DNA of 48,519 nt from a virus (Duplodnaviria > Caudoviricetes): IMG/VR virus record IMGVR_UViG_3300049004_000093, positions 1 through 48,519 of that record. One strand, written 5' to 3'. Every line of letters starts with the position of its first letter. The first letter of the stretch is position 1. Positions 36,501 to 45,118 of the stretch are shown here, in pieces. The position numbers and the translations under genes were made by a program. The notes beneath the pieces were generated by a model. That model had not been told where the DNA came from and did no database searches. It worked only from the letters and a program-made list of their open reading frames with translations.

Positions 36501-36685
36501 CGGGTCGGGTAGAAGGCGTCGGTGTCCAGGCCGGCACAGGGGGCGTCGTCCCACCAGCCGGGAACGGCGCGGTCGGGCCCCTCGGGCAGCAGGGCCAGGC
36601 CCACCGCTAGCTCCATCGTGCGCTCGTCGACGCTGCAGGCGGCTGCGGCCTCGGTGAGCACCAGCGGCTCCAGTTGCGCGCTCAC
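33512..36685 (-). CDS. WhiB-like domain + SF2 (DEAH, ResIII-like) helicase + six helicase-associated (HA) repeats
   Basis: WhiB Cys motif and GWWGG turn; MATASGKT, DEAH, TATP, EGVDLP and QATGRALR; W...L..F...HG...W...QR...GW.W repeats. GTG at 36685. Confidence 0.88.
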   Translation of the reverse strand: MSAQLEPLVLTEAAAACSVDERTMELAVGLALLPEGPDRAVPGWWDDAPCAGLDTDAFYPTRGQPTAHLRAICEGCPVQAACLGSALYNGESDGWWGGTSPRGRQRLRQVLRTAGILGVVGEEAYLAWREDDRDPPDPAPALSTVPDPWPHQLEAVAAVTLALRDGGRCQVSMATASGKTHVALWSANALGAERVLVLVPSLGLVAQTADIWATDARWAAARSLAVCSDTGELDLEATTDPEVVRAFMTGPGPALVFATYQSSAVLADAGTGFDLVVADEAHHLAGASDKAFAPVLRGEIPTYATLYMTATPRLFRRRGDVELVGMGDDAFGPRVFDFPLSDAVAAGVVADYRVIVAAVDRDVFERVARLPEMAGIDPNLLAGAIAVVRAMGEMRLGSCVSFHTRVERARSFAQLIGAVADALGTERPPGHGWSGFVHGGASVRIRRRLLARLGDPRSWGVLANAKALGEGVDLPALDAVAIVDPRNSETDVMQATGRALRRPTSAKVGTVLLPVLLTGDPDPTDPLAGCDRRSVDLVAGVLRALRSHDNELASRLDHTRRCLGARVRVGADFGATMRRRAARGLLGSRVELHVPGGATGAIAGAMALHLIREATPSWDEAHARLLAHVAEHGAVPSQTTTVPDDTGTFALGAWCTVQRTLRRRGLLAAGRVAALETVAGWAWEPRDEGWWDKLDALRDYMTHHGHDPKQAEQWRGVYVGRFLNSCRAARTDHDGHWLDQFPDRIAALEAIPGFVWNTKDARWAVSFAKLVRWAAEHGHATPSQGDTVDGQDIGKWTNKQRTRIRDGSLSAERIARLRALPGWVDSYHDIGDALFEEGLLHLVAFEQRHGRQPRGSETYAGFAVGRWVIEQRARWAERRSNMTAAKARRLEAVPGWTWNTNDAQWEDGLAELEAFAAAHHMPGRPLRIPQGRLSSWATTRRMEHSRGRLAADRVAALEGVPGWVWNMWDAKVEAAIAAVGAWLEREGPVDPVHAHHENGVPVRAWVLRWRRERATGDLDPELARELQALVGWSWSALPASATPARQRDHAGRWSPVG

Positions 36686-36804
36686 CCCTTCGCGGCTCGC
36701 GCCCACAACGACCAGCCCCAGAACACAGCGAAGACGGCCGCACCACCAGCAAGGGTGACGGCGGCCAAACCGAGGAGGGTCTGCCAGGTGGCGCAGGCGA
36801 TCAC
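36682..36804 (-). CDS. Small membrane protein
   Basis: 40-aa hydrophobic ORF with GTGA coupling on both sides. Confidence 0.45.
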   Translation of the reverse strand: MIACATWQTLLGLAAVTLAGGAAVFAVFWGWSLWARAAKG

Positions 36805-37103
36805 GAGTGCTCCCCCAGCTCGCCGAGGACCTCGGACAACCGCGCCTGCAGCTGGTCGCGGCCATGGGTGGTGGTGACGTCGCCCTCGACGACAGCGGCG
36901 GCGATCCGGCGGAGCCCGGGAGGTACCTCGCGGCCAGGACCCGCCACCGCGATGATCGGCTTGCCGAACATGATGGCGGCGCCCAGCTCCACGCAGAACT
37001 TCACGTCCGGCTGGCCCGCCGGACAGAGCGACACCACCACGGCGGAGCCCTCCACCTTGGGGAACAGGTCCCGCTTGATCTGCTCCTCGAACGGGTCGGC
37101 CAT
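36801..37103 (-). CDS. Hypothetical protein (nucleoside deoxyribosyltransferase-like fold possible)
   Basis: VELGAAIMFGKPIIAV motif. Confidence 0.5.
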   Translation of the reverse strand: MADPFEEQIKRDLFPKVEGSAVVVSLCPAGQPDVKFCVELGAAIMFGKPIIAVAGPGREVPPGLRRIAAAVVEGDVTTTHGRDQLQARLSEVLGELGEHS

Positions 37104-37807
37104 CACGCCGATGCCATCCACGGACGCGTGGCCACGTGGGGCATGTCCTCGATGGCGGCCATGGCCCGCTCGCCGTCCAGGATCGACCCGTACTCCTCGC
37201 CGTGCGCTTCGACGAGCTGGGCGAGGGCGCGCTCACGGGCCCGTTCCTCCCGCTCGGCGCGCTCGCGGTCGAACTGTCGCTCCTGGGCCGCTGAACGCCA
37301 CCGGGCCAGAAAGGCCTCCTCCTGGCGTCGCTCGGCTTCCTGCTGCTCGGGAGTCGGTGGCAGGGGGACGGGCTTGGGCTTCGGAGTGCGGGCCTTGAAC
37401 GGTGCCGGCTTGCCGCCCGTGAGGAGCACTCGGGCCTTCTTGCCGACCTGACCTCGGTCGACGTGGTCGGTGGGGACGTCGACCAGGCCCGCCGCGTCGG
37501 GGGAATCGTCCACCAGCAGGCCCTGGTCCCGCAGCTTCTTGAGTGTGCCTGCGTCCGGGGGGAACCGGGGGCTGACGTAACCGATGCCCATGCTGACGGC
37601 TCGGGCCGCGACGAGGGGGTCGATGTCTTCGGGCGCGGCGGCGGCGACCGTTCCGGTCCCACGGCAGAGGGCGCAGTCGGGGTGCACGATTCGGCCGTAG
37701 CGCACAGCACAGGCCGGACAGGCGAGACGGACTAGGGTCACCGCGTCACCTGCGCCTGATCGCTGGCCGGCTGCATCCGGCAGTCCCTCGCGGATGAACA
37801 GGCCCAC
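37103..37807 (-). CDS. Hypothetical protein with zinc finger and coiled coil
   Basis: CPAC...C.LC.GTG; starts directly after the Rpf-like stop codon. Confidence 0.55.
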   Translation of the reverse strand: MGLFIREGLPDAAGQRSGAGDAVTLVRLACPACAVRYGRIVHPDCALCRGTGTVAAAAPEDIDPLVAARAVSMGIGYVSPRFPPDAGTLKKLRDQGLLVDDSPDAAGLVDVPTDHVDRGQVGKKARVLLTGGKPAPFKARTPKPKPVPLPPTPEQQEAERRQEEAFLARWRSAAQERQFDRERAEREERARERALAQLVEAHGEEYGSILDGERAMAAIEDMPHVATRPWMASA

Positions 37808-38328
37808 CTAGCACTGCCTCGCCGGCGTGGGCCACGGCGACAGGCCCTCCTCGGAGTAGAGCTGGGCCGCCGCCGCGTCCTGCACGTGGGCCGGCGCGGC
37901 GGATGCCGGTCGCCCTGCGTACTGCGGGTAGCCGGCCCGGTGACGGCCCCGGCCCACGTCGACGGCGTGAACTGGTAGGCGCCCGAGTAGCCGTTGGCGG
38001 TCTCGGTGGCGTAGCCGGCGCCTCCCTGCTCGAAGGACCGGATGCAGGCCAGCACTCCCTGCCAGCGCGGGGTGGAGTCGGAGGGGGTGGGCCCGGTGGC
38101 CTGACCGGGAGATGCCACCCCCTCCGACACGATCCGAGACGCGCCGGTCCTAGGCGGCGTGGTCGTCCCGGTCGCTCTGGTGGTCGACGTGGTGGTCGCC
38201 GACGTGGCGGTCGCCGCGGCGTGGCGGCCCACGGTGGCCGGGGCCGGGCGGGGCGATGCGCAGCCGGCGCCGGTCAGGGCCACCGAGGCGCCGGCGACGT
38301 GGAGGGCGAGGCGGTGGCGGCGCTTCAT
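37808..38328 (-). pseudogene. Rpf/transglycosylase-like lipoprotein with a -1 frameshift near 37939
   Basis: Signal and lipobox LTGAGC; ACIRSFE, GAYQF..STW. Adding one C gives ...APAHVQDAAA.QLY...G.SPWP..C*. Confidence 0.7.
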
Positions 38329-38406
38329 GCGTTGGCCACCTCCCAGATCTCGTGGCGGTCCGGATCGAGCCCGGGTGGTCTCGGTGTCGACGAAGGCGAC
38401 GGTCAC
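38325..38406 (-). pseudogene. N-terminal remnant of a DnaQ/DEDDh 3'-5' exonuclease
   Basis: Removing one base at 38373-38375 gives MTVAFVDTETTGLDPDRHEIWEVA (Exo I motif), followed almost immediately by a stop. Confidence 0.6.
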
Positions 38407-38537
38407 CCCTCCTCCCTCCACCAGCCCGGACCCAGGTCGCGCACCAGCAACCGGACACCGGCCACCACCAGCACCAGGGAGACCAGGAGGAGCACGGGGC
38501 CGACGAGGAGGAGCACGGGGCCGACGAGGTGGGTCAC
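38403..38537 (-). CDS. Small membrane protein with a 21-bp tandem duplication
   Basis: MTHLVGPVLLLVGPVLLLVSL...; repeat at 38485-38526. Confidence 0.5.
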   Translation of the reverse strand: MTHLVGPVLLLVGPVLLLVSLVLVVAGVRLLVRDLGPGWWREEG

Positions 38538-40243
38538 GATCGGCCCTCGAACAACAGGTCGGCGAGTTGGATTCCTCCGTCGTGCTCCTCGATCAGCCCG
38601 TTGCGGCGCAGGTTGGTGAGGGCCTGGCCAACGCTCGACGATGTGCGGCTGAGGCCGGCCAGGTCAGCGACGCCATCACGCGTGTAGCGCTCGGGGTACA
38701 CCTGCACCAGGGCGTCGAACACCTTCTGGGTGGCCCCGGTGAAGGCGGCGTGCCAAGCCTCGACCGGGTCCTCCGGTGGCTCGCCGTTGGCGGCCGCCAG
38801 GCCAGCCTTGGTCGCAGCGTAGACGCCGGTGCCGTCACGCTCGATCAGCCCCCGATCGAGCAGCTGGGCGAAATGGCCGTCGAGGGCGGAGGACTTTGGG
38901 CCGCGCTTGGCCAGGGTGATGACCTGCCGGCGCGTCAGCCACGCCGGGTAGCGGGCGACGAGTACTCGCAGGAGGCCGGCCGGTCCGGCGGGCAGCTCGT
39001 CGGGCTCCGCAGACCCCGGAACGGCCGCACCACCAGCGTCCCGTCGCCTCGACGGATCAGCACGTTGCGCGGACCGCTCGGCCGGCCCGGACGCCACCGC
39101 ACGAGCACGGTCACCGGACTGCCCCGCTCCAGGTACGTCTGACCGATCACGTGGCCACCTTTCCAGCACACCGGCGACGTCCTCCCGCAGCGCGTGCACC
39201 TCGTCGGCCAGCTCCACGAGGGCCACCAGTCGCCCGATGCTGGTCTCATCGAGGACCGGCACTGGCTCCGGAGCCGCCGACTGCGCAACTCGCAACCGCT
39301 GCTCCAGCTCGGTGATCCGCCGGCGCAGCTCCATGGGGTCGGACTCCTTGGCCTTCTCGATCGTCTCGGCCATGGCTTCCTTCACCGCGCCGAGGTCGAC
39401 GTCGGCCAGCGTCGCCGGCTGCCGGCGTTTCTGGCCCACCTTCGGGGTGGCCGCGGAGTCGAAGGTCCAGCGCTGGCGGAACTGCACCCGTCGGGGATCG
39501 CCCAGCAGCGCCGGCGCCCACACCCACCCCTCCCCGGCGCCGAGCTGGGAGAGCGTCGACAGGATCTCCGATGCCTGGCCGTGGTACTCGACCCACCCCT
39601 TGATGGCGTCACGGTCCAGCTTGGCCAGCACCCGCATGGCGATGAGGGCCTCGGCCTGATTGAGCACGTCCTTGTTGAGCGCTGCGCTGCGCTGCGAGGC
39701 CATGGTGCAGCCCAACCCCTTGAACCGGCCCCATCGCACGATGTCCTGCCAGACGTGGACCAGGTTCGCCTGGGCCCCGCCCACCTGCTGGGGCAGGTAG
39801 TCGTGGGCCTCCTCCAGAAACAGGTGCAGGGGGTCGGCCTCGGCCCTGGAGAAGCTGCTGTCCTGCGTCGTCGACGTCAGCACGTTCTCGAAGGCCGACC
39901 GCATCCGCTTCCTCACGGCCTTCGGCCAGCGCCTCTATGACCAAAGGATCAGGTCGGCCAGCATCGGCCCGGCGGTCGCCTCCAGCGGCACATCGCCGTG
40001 GCGACCGCCGAACACCGGTACGGACAGGCCCGGGCTCTTGCCGTCGGCCGAGCTGCGGATGCCCCACCAGTCGCCCTTGGGGTCGATGGTCACGAAGGGG
40101 ATGCCGGCGGCCGAGAACTCCTCCGCCATCACCACCTCCGTGTTCGACTTGCCCGCGCCCCGCTTGCCGAGGATGGCGAAGGTCTCGGTGGCCGCGTCGA
40201 GCGGCAGCGACAGGTCTGGGGAGACGCGCAGGAGCTTCGTCAC
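38534..40243 (-). pseudogene. HerA/FtsK-like (DUF87) ATPase interrupted by an internal 97-bp inversion
   Basis: Walker A GKRGAGKS in 39935-40243 and Walker B LFLEEAH in 38534-39916. The missing linker is encoded on the opposite strand at 39848-39944. Confidence 0.85.
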
Positions 40244-41217
40244 GGCTCACTCCTGGCCGGTTGGGGGAACAGCTCCGGGTTCTCGAAGGCGTCGCGCAGG
40301 TTCGGGGGCGGTGGGGACGGAGCGCCCACATCGGCGGGACGCCATGTGCCGTAGGTCGGCACCACGGGCTCATCGTTCGCCACGACCTCGGCACGCGGGG
40401 CGACCGGCGCAACCCGCACGGGCCGGCCAAGGCGACGATCGGCCCGGGCGATGGCGAACGCCATGGGACTGTTCACCGACTCCGGCCACTCGTCGGTGAT
40501 GCAGGCCACCGCGGCGTCGAAGCCGATCAGCAGCTCGAGCTCGGCGAGGCGCCGGCGCAGTGTGGCCCGGCCTGGGGCCTGGTCGGGATCGACGAGCAGC
40601 TCGTGGCGAGCGGCGCAGGTGGGTACGGCACGGGCTACGGCGTCAAGGAGCGCTTGGCCGGGCGGGCTGGGGGTTGCGGTTTCCTGGCCTTTGTCGACGA
40701 ACCCTGCCCTGAGGTCGTCGGTGGCAGCCTGGTGGTCGCGCGCGCTCGCCGTAGGAAGGGTTTCCGTAGGTAACACCGTTGGCGGCGTGTTTTGGCTAGG
40801 GCCAGTGGCCGCTTTCGGGCTCAGAGTGGCCCCTTTCGTGTTCCCGATTGGCCCTTTTCGGTGGCGGGAAGCGGCCACTGAGTGGCCTCTTTGCTGCCCG
40901 TCGGGCACTCTCGACGGCGGGCTCGTTACGGGTTGAGGGACGGTCGGGTCGCGTCCCATGAGCACCCGGTAGACCGTCGCCTGACCGCGCCCCGCACCCC
41001 ACTCCTCTACCTCGACCCAGCGCTCGGTGATGAGGCGCGCAAGCACGCGCGTGACCATGGAGCGTCCGTACAGCGAGCCCTCGACGATGGCGTCCTTGCC
41101 GGGGCGGGCGTGGTCGCCGTCGCGGTTGGCGGCGTCGGCGATGGTGATGAGGACGGCCCGCATGGCGCGGTCGCGAGGGCCGTGCCGAAGCACCCAGCCG
41201 GTGCACTGGCCGCTCAT
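40240..41217 (-). CDS. Phage replication initiator-like protein (N-terminal winged HTH)
   Basis: W......RAVLITIAD.AN.DG..A.P...V.R.L..L...W...G....YRV pattern. Confidence 0.7.
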   Translation of the reverse strand: MSGQCTGWVLRHGPRDRAMRAVLITIADAANRDGDHARPGKDAIVEGSLYGRSMVTRVLARLITERWVEVEEWGAGRGQATVYRVLMGRDPTVPQPVTSPPSRVPDGQQRGHSVAASRHRKGPIGNTKGATLSPKAATGPSQNTPPTVLPTETLPTASARDHQAATDDLRAGFVDKGQETATPSPPGQALLDAVARAVPTCAARHELLVDPDQAPGRATLRRRLAELELLIGFDAAVACITDEWPESVNSPMAFAIARADRRLGRPVRVAPVAPRAEVVANDEPVVPTYGTWRPADVGAPSPPPPNLRDAFENPELFPQPARSEP

Positions 41218-41801
41218 GTGACCCGAGTCCGGCGTCGAGCAGAGCGGCCCTGCTCGTTATAGGGCGGCTGGTGCTGAAAGATCAGATCGCCCTCGAGCTG
41301 GAGGGCCTCGGCTGGCGAGCCCGCAACGATTACCTGCCAGCTTGTCGCCGGAATGCGCCCGCCCTGCCAATGGACCTTTAAGCGGCGACGGACATAGAGC
41401 GACGTGCCGATGTACAAACAGGCAGAGTCGGTGTCGAGCAGGAGATAGACGCAGGGCACACCCCGAGCTGGCGTGGGCTGGTGGAGAACGGGGAATCTCC
41501 CGGTGAGGCTCGAGGGACTTCCCGGTAGCGCCTTCCCCCACTCAAGAAGGGTGTTCGTAGACACACCCAGCGCTCCGGCGCATCGATGACTGGCGCCGGA
41601 GATGCGAAGGCGTCTGGCCCACTCCCACCACGCCAATGCCTCGCCGGGCGTCCAGTGGCCGCGCTCGATGGCGGGGAGGATCGCATCAAACGCCTCAGCT
41701 ATCGCGACCTCCAGACGATCGCGTTTGGCAACCAGAAGGCTCATGTGCTCGCGCGTCGCTTCGGCGCTAGCGCTGGCGCCATGGTCGATCGCCTCGCTCA
41801 C
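41214..41801 (-). CDS. GIY-YIG nuclease-domain protein
   Basis: CVYLL...LYIGTS..VRRRL..H...LE..LI...QPPYN; lower GC than neighbours. Confidence 0.75.
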   Translation of the reverse strand: MSEAIDHGASASAEATREHMSLLVAKRDRLEVAIAEAFDAILPAIERGHWTPGEALAWWEWARRLRISGASHRCAGALGVSTNTLLEWGKALPGSPSSLTGRFPVLHQPTPARGVPCVYLLLDTDSACLYIGTSLYVRRRLKVHWQGGRIPATSWQVIVAGSPAEALQLEGDLIFQHQPPYNEQGRSARRRTRVT

Positions 41802-42142
41802 GCGCCCCGCGCCTCGACGAAGTCATCGAGGTCGATGGCCGCATAGGCGTCGGCGACGTCCTCCAGGCCGACCAGCGGCAGGCGCAGCACGCCGGGGGGG
41901 TCCGGCCTCCAGGTCCCCGACCCGACGGGGGCGAGGTCGACCACGACGCCGAGCACCAGGCCCTCGCCCTTGCACGCGCCACAGGCCACCGGCAGCCCGG
42001 CCCGGACCACGTTGCCGTAGCCGTCGCAACGGGAGCAGCTCACGGTGCCGATGTCGCCCCGCGCCCAGGTGACGGTGCCGGTGCCGGACGGGTCGATGAG
42101 CACCCGGGCGCAATGGGCCGGCATTGTCGCGTCGATTGCCAC
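41798..42142 (-). CDS. DnaJ-type zinc-finger hypothetical protein
   Basis: CSRCDGYG...CGACKGEG; GGAGG SD. Confidence 0.5.
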   Translation of the reverse strand: MAIDATMPAHCARVLIDPSGTGTVTWARGDIGTVSCSRCDGYGNVVRAGLPVACGACKGEGLVLGVVVDLAPVGSGTWRPDPPGVLRLPLVGLEDVADAYAAIDLDDFVEARGA

Positions 42143-42362
42143 TCCACCTCCTCCTGCGCTCGTGGTCTGAACGGATCGCTTGGTCGGTGCGCGGCCGCCA
42201 GCCGCTAGCGCCGTGACGCCTCGCCGAGCGAGGCCAGGGCCCGCAGGCCCAAAGGGTCCCGGCGCCGGCGCCGGCGATGTCGGCACCAGTCACCGGCGCG
42301 CAGGGCGAGGAGGACGAGGGGGACGACGAGCAGCACGGGCACGATGGTTTCCGGCGTGGCGG

Positions 42363-42536
42363 TCACCGGGTCAACTTCCACTCGTCGACGGGGATCAGGC
42401 GCGGCAGGAAGTCCTGTACAGCCTCGACGACGAGCCGGTTGACGGTCAGGCCCCGGACCTCGGCCGCCTCGGTGAGCTGTTCGTGGAGCTCCACGGGGAA
42501 CCGGATGGCTGTGGCGGTGCGGGGCTGCGCTTTCAC
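42363..42536 (-). CDS. Ribbon-helix-helix (Arc-like) DNA-binding protein
   Basis: TAIRFPVELHEQL..AA..RGLTVNRLV motif. Confidence 0.7.
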   Translation of the reverse strand: MKAQPRTATAIRFPVELHEQLTEAAEVRGLTVNRLVVEAVQDFLPRLIPVDEWKLTR

Positions 42537-42597
42537 CGGCGAGCCTTCTTGGCGATGGCCTTCATAATCTCCACCACGCCCCACAGGCCGGTGTCGC

Positions 42598-42804
42598 TCA
42601 TCGGGCGTACGCTCCGGCGTCCTCGGCGCAGTCGTCGTGCCACAGCCGCCCGCTGCCACCTTCGGCCTTGGCCCACTGGCCCGGGCCGATCCGGCCGTCA
42701 CCGGCGGCACAGCGGGTGTAGGGGAGGCCGCCGAAGACGAAGGCGTCCGACCAGCGATCGAGGCCGGCGGAGCGACGGGCGGTGTCGGTGCGGACGGTGC
42801 TCAC
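42598..42804 (-). CDS. Hypothetical protein
   Basis: Coupled ORF with C...I.PG...WH..C pattern. Confidence 0.45.
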   Translation of the reverse strand: MSTVRTDTARRSAGLDRWSDAFVFGGLPYTRCAAGDGRIGPGQWAKAEGGSGRLWHDDCAEDAGAYAR

Positions 42805-43154
42805 CGGCCTCCGTTCCTCGAACGGGCCGCGGCCCGCTCCTCGCGTTCGGCGCGCGCCGCGGCCCGCATGGCCGCCAGCTCGTCATGCCACGACGCCCCC
42901 AGGGCCTCGAGGCCGGTGTCGGTGATGCGCAGGTAGACGCTCGACGGTTGGCGGCCCACCACCTCGGTGAGGGGCTTGGCCAGGCCGGCGCCGATCAGCC
43001 ACTCCGCGCTCAGCCAGTAGACGTGGCCCTCGTCGAGGTCGGTGGTGTTGGACACGCGACCGCTTCGGCCCTTGTGGTGCTGGGCGGCCAGGACGATCAG
43101 TGCTCGGCGCTGGGCCTTTGTGAGCTTCGGGGGGGTGGTTGTGAGGTCGGTCAC
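42801..43154 (-). CDS. Hypothetical protein (winged-helix-like)
   Basis: LTKAQRRAL...L...GL...ITDTG..AL pattern. Confidence 0.5.
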   Translation of the reverse strand: MTDLTTTPPKLTKAQRRALIVLAAQHHKGRSGRVSNTTDLDEGHVYWLSAEWLIGAGLAKPLTEVVGRQPSSVYLRITDTGLEALGASWHDELAAMRAAARAEREERAAARSRNGGR

Positions 43155-43375
43155 CGGACCGCGGCCTCATGACGAGCGAGCCACTCGATCGCCCGGTGGG
43201 CCACGTCGAGGTACTCCGCCGATGGGTCCTTTCGGCGCTCCTGGCCGGGCACGTAGGCGGCCCACACCGCGTCGCGCGTCGCCTTGGGGAGCATGTACCA
43301 GTGCCGGCGGCACATGAACATGCGGGGCGGGACCTTGGCGTTGCAGCCCTTGGCGTGGCAGGTGTGGGCGGTCAT
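43151..43375 (-). CDS. Conserved small Cys/His phage protein
   Basis: HTCHA.GC...VPP.MFMC..HW..LP motif. Confidence 0.6.
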   Translation of the reverse strand: MTAHTCHAKGCNAKVPPRMFMCRRHWYMLPKATRDAVWAAYVPGQERRKDPSAEYLDVAHRAIEWLARHEAAVR

Positions 43376-43581
43376 CGCGTGCTGCGGCGCAGGTAGGCGC
43401 AGTCGGCCGCCAGCCGCCAGGACCAGAAGCCGAGGAAGGCGGCGTTGGCGGCCACCATGGCGCGGTGGCGGACCACGAACACGGCGATGGCCAGCCCGGC
43501 TGCGCAGACGACGACCATGAGCAGATCGACGGCGCAGAACTCGTGGGGCTCGATGGCGTCGGGCGCGGTGCGCTCAGCCAT
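43372..43581 (-). CDS. Small membrane protein
   Basis: Hydrophobic segments; coupled. Confidence 0.45.
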   Translation of the reverse strand: MAERTAPDAIEPHEFCAVDLLMVVVCAAGLAIAVFVVRHRAMVAANAAFLGFWSWRLAADCAYLRRSTR

Positions 43582-44446
43582 CGCGGTTGATCCGGCGGAG
43601 TAGGTCGTTCGCGGCCGTCCATCCGTCGAGCGCCTCCCGGGCCTGCTGTTGGGCGTCGTCAGCGACGCGCTGGAAAGCGCAGGTCAACCCCCAGCTGGCG
43701 CCGAACAACGCTGCCCACACGGCGGCAAGCCAGTCTCCATGGAGCGCGGCACCGAGGGCCCCGCCGCCGGCCACCAGGAAGCCCACGACGCGCTGGCGCC
43801 TGCTCACGACATCGCTCCGGGCTTGGGACCGGCCGGTGGCGCTCATGCCGGCACCGCCGTGCCGGCAGCACGGGGAACCAGCTCCGCCAGCTGCACCGTG
43901 TCGGTCGGGCAGCGCTGGCCATCGGCACCCTTGTGCCAGCGCAGGTAGGCGTACTGGTGGCGCCGTCCGGTGCTGGCATCGCGGGCCGAGACGTGGACGG
44001 CGTCGCGGTAGACCGAGGCCACTGAGCGCCGACACGTGGCGCAGACGAAGCGGGGCCAGGCGCCCATCAGCCGGCCACCGCCACCGCCACGGCGGCCAGC
44101 AGGTAGAGGACGGCGAAGGCCAGGGCCATGCCGCCCACGAGCAGGGCGCACAGCTGGGGGAGCGCGGCCGCCGCGCGCCGGGTCGAGCTGGCGGGGGCGC
44201 CCGGGGGGGCTGGGGTAGCGGGCGCCCGCCCGCCAGAGGAGCCGGTGGGGGGGACCTGCACGGCGGACGCAGATCCACCCCCACCAGGACGTGTCGGGAG
44301 CGGGTCACCTTGGGGCGTCCTACGGCACCCGTTGACGCCTGATGGCGCAGGTGGCCGGTTCCCGGGTGTCTCGGCCCGGGTGCTCCCGACGCGATGGTCT
44401 CCCGGCTCGCGCCAGCCCGGGAAGCGGTAGGTGGTGACGCGACGCT

Positions 44447-45118
44447 TCACGACGCATCACCACGAGTCGGATGGGCCCGGCCCGTCGGCCCCACTTCCCC
44501 AAGCAGGTCAACCGTTCCGGACCCTCCGGGCTCGCCAGGAAGGGCCGCGGCGGACGACCCCTCGGCTGGCGAGCCCGCAGAGGCCAGATCGGCGGGCAGG
44601 TAGAGCTCCGCGGTCTCGGCGGCCCGCACCGCGAGGCGGCGGTCGAGCTCGGCCGCGATGAGGGCGCCGGCCTTGGTCAGCTGGCGCAGCGCGTCGGTGG
44701 GGGTGGGCCGCCAGTGACAGCCCCCCTGGCCGTCGGGCCACGGCCAGCCCTCGGGCTCGTCGTCGTGGTCGACCGCCTGCTCGCGGAGGACGTCGCCGAT
44801 GTAGCACCAGGCCGCGGCGGCCAGCTGGCCTATGGACTGGTGGGCGACGTCGTGGGCCGTGGGGTAGCCCTCGTCGAGGACCTGGCGGCGGCGCTCGGTG
44901 GCGATGAGGTCGACGCCGCTGGTGAGGCGGTCCAACTTGTGCAGGGGGTAGGGGACGGCCTGGCCGTCGTCGAGGACGACGAGGACCTCGCTGGTGTCGC
45001 TGCGCGGCTCGGCCTGGCCGGCGACCGTGCCGGGGCCCGTCCGGCGACCGATCAGGACCAGCGTCTCGTCGAAGCGGGGCTTGACCTGGACCCGGTCGCC
45101 GGGGGCGATGGCGCTCAT
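44447..45118 (-). CDS. Conserved phage hypothetical protein
   Basis: IA.ERRRQ...EG....HD..H...LA.AA..Y...WPW...W...L.KAGALI.AELDR domain widespread in phages. Confidence 0.65.
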   Translation of the reverse strand: MSAIAPGDRVQVKPRFDETLVLIGRRTGPGTVAGQAEPRSDTSEVLVVLDDGQAVPYPLHKLDRLTSGVDLIATERRRQVLDEGYPTAHDVAHQSIGQLAAAAWCYIGDVLREQAVDHDDEPEGWPWPDGQGGCHWRPTPTDALRQLTKAGALIAAELDRRLAVRAAETAELYLPADLASAGSPAEGSSAAALPGEPGGSGTVDLLGEVGPTGRAHPTRGDAS

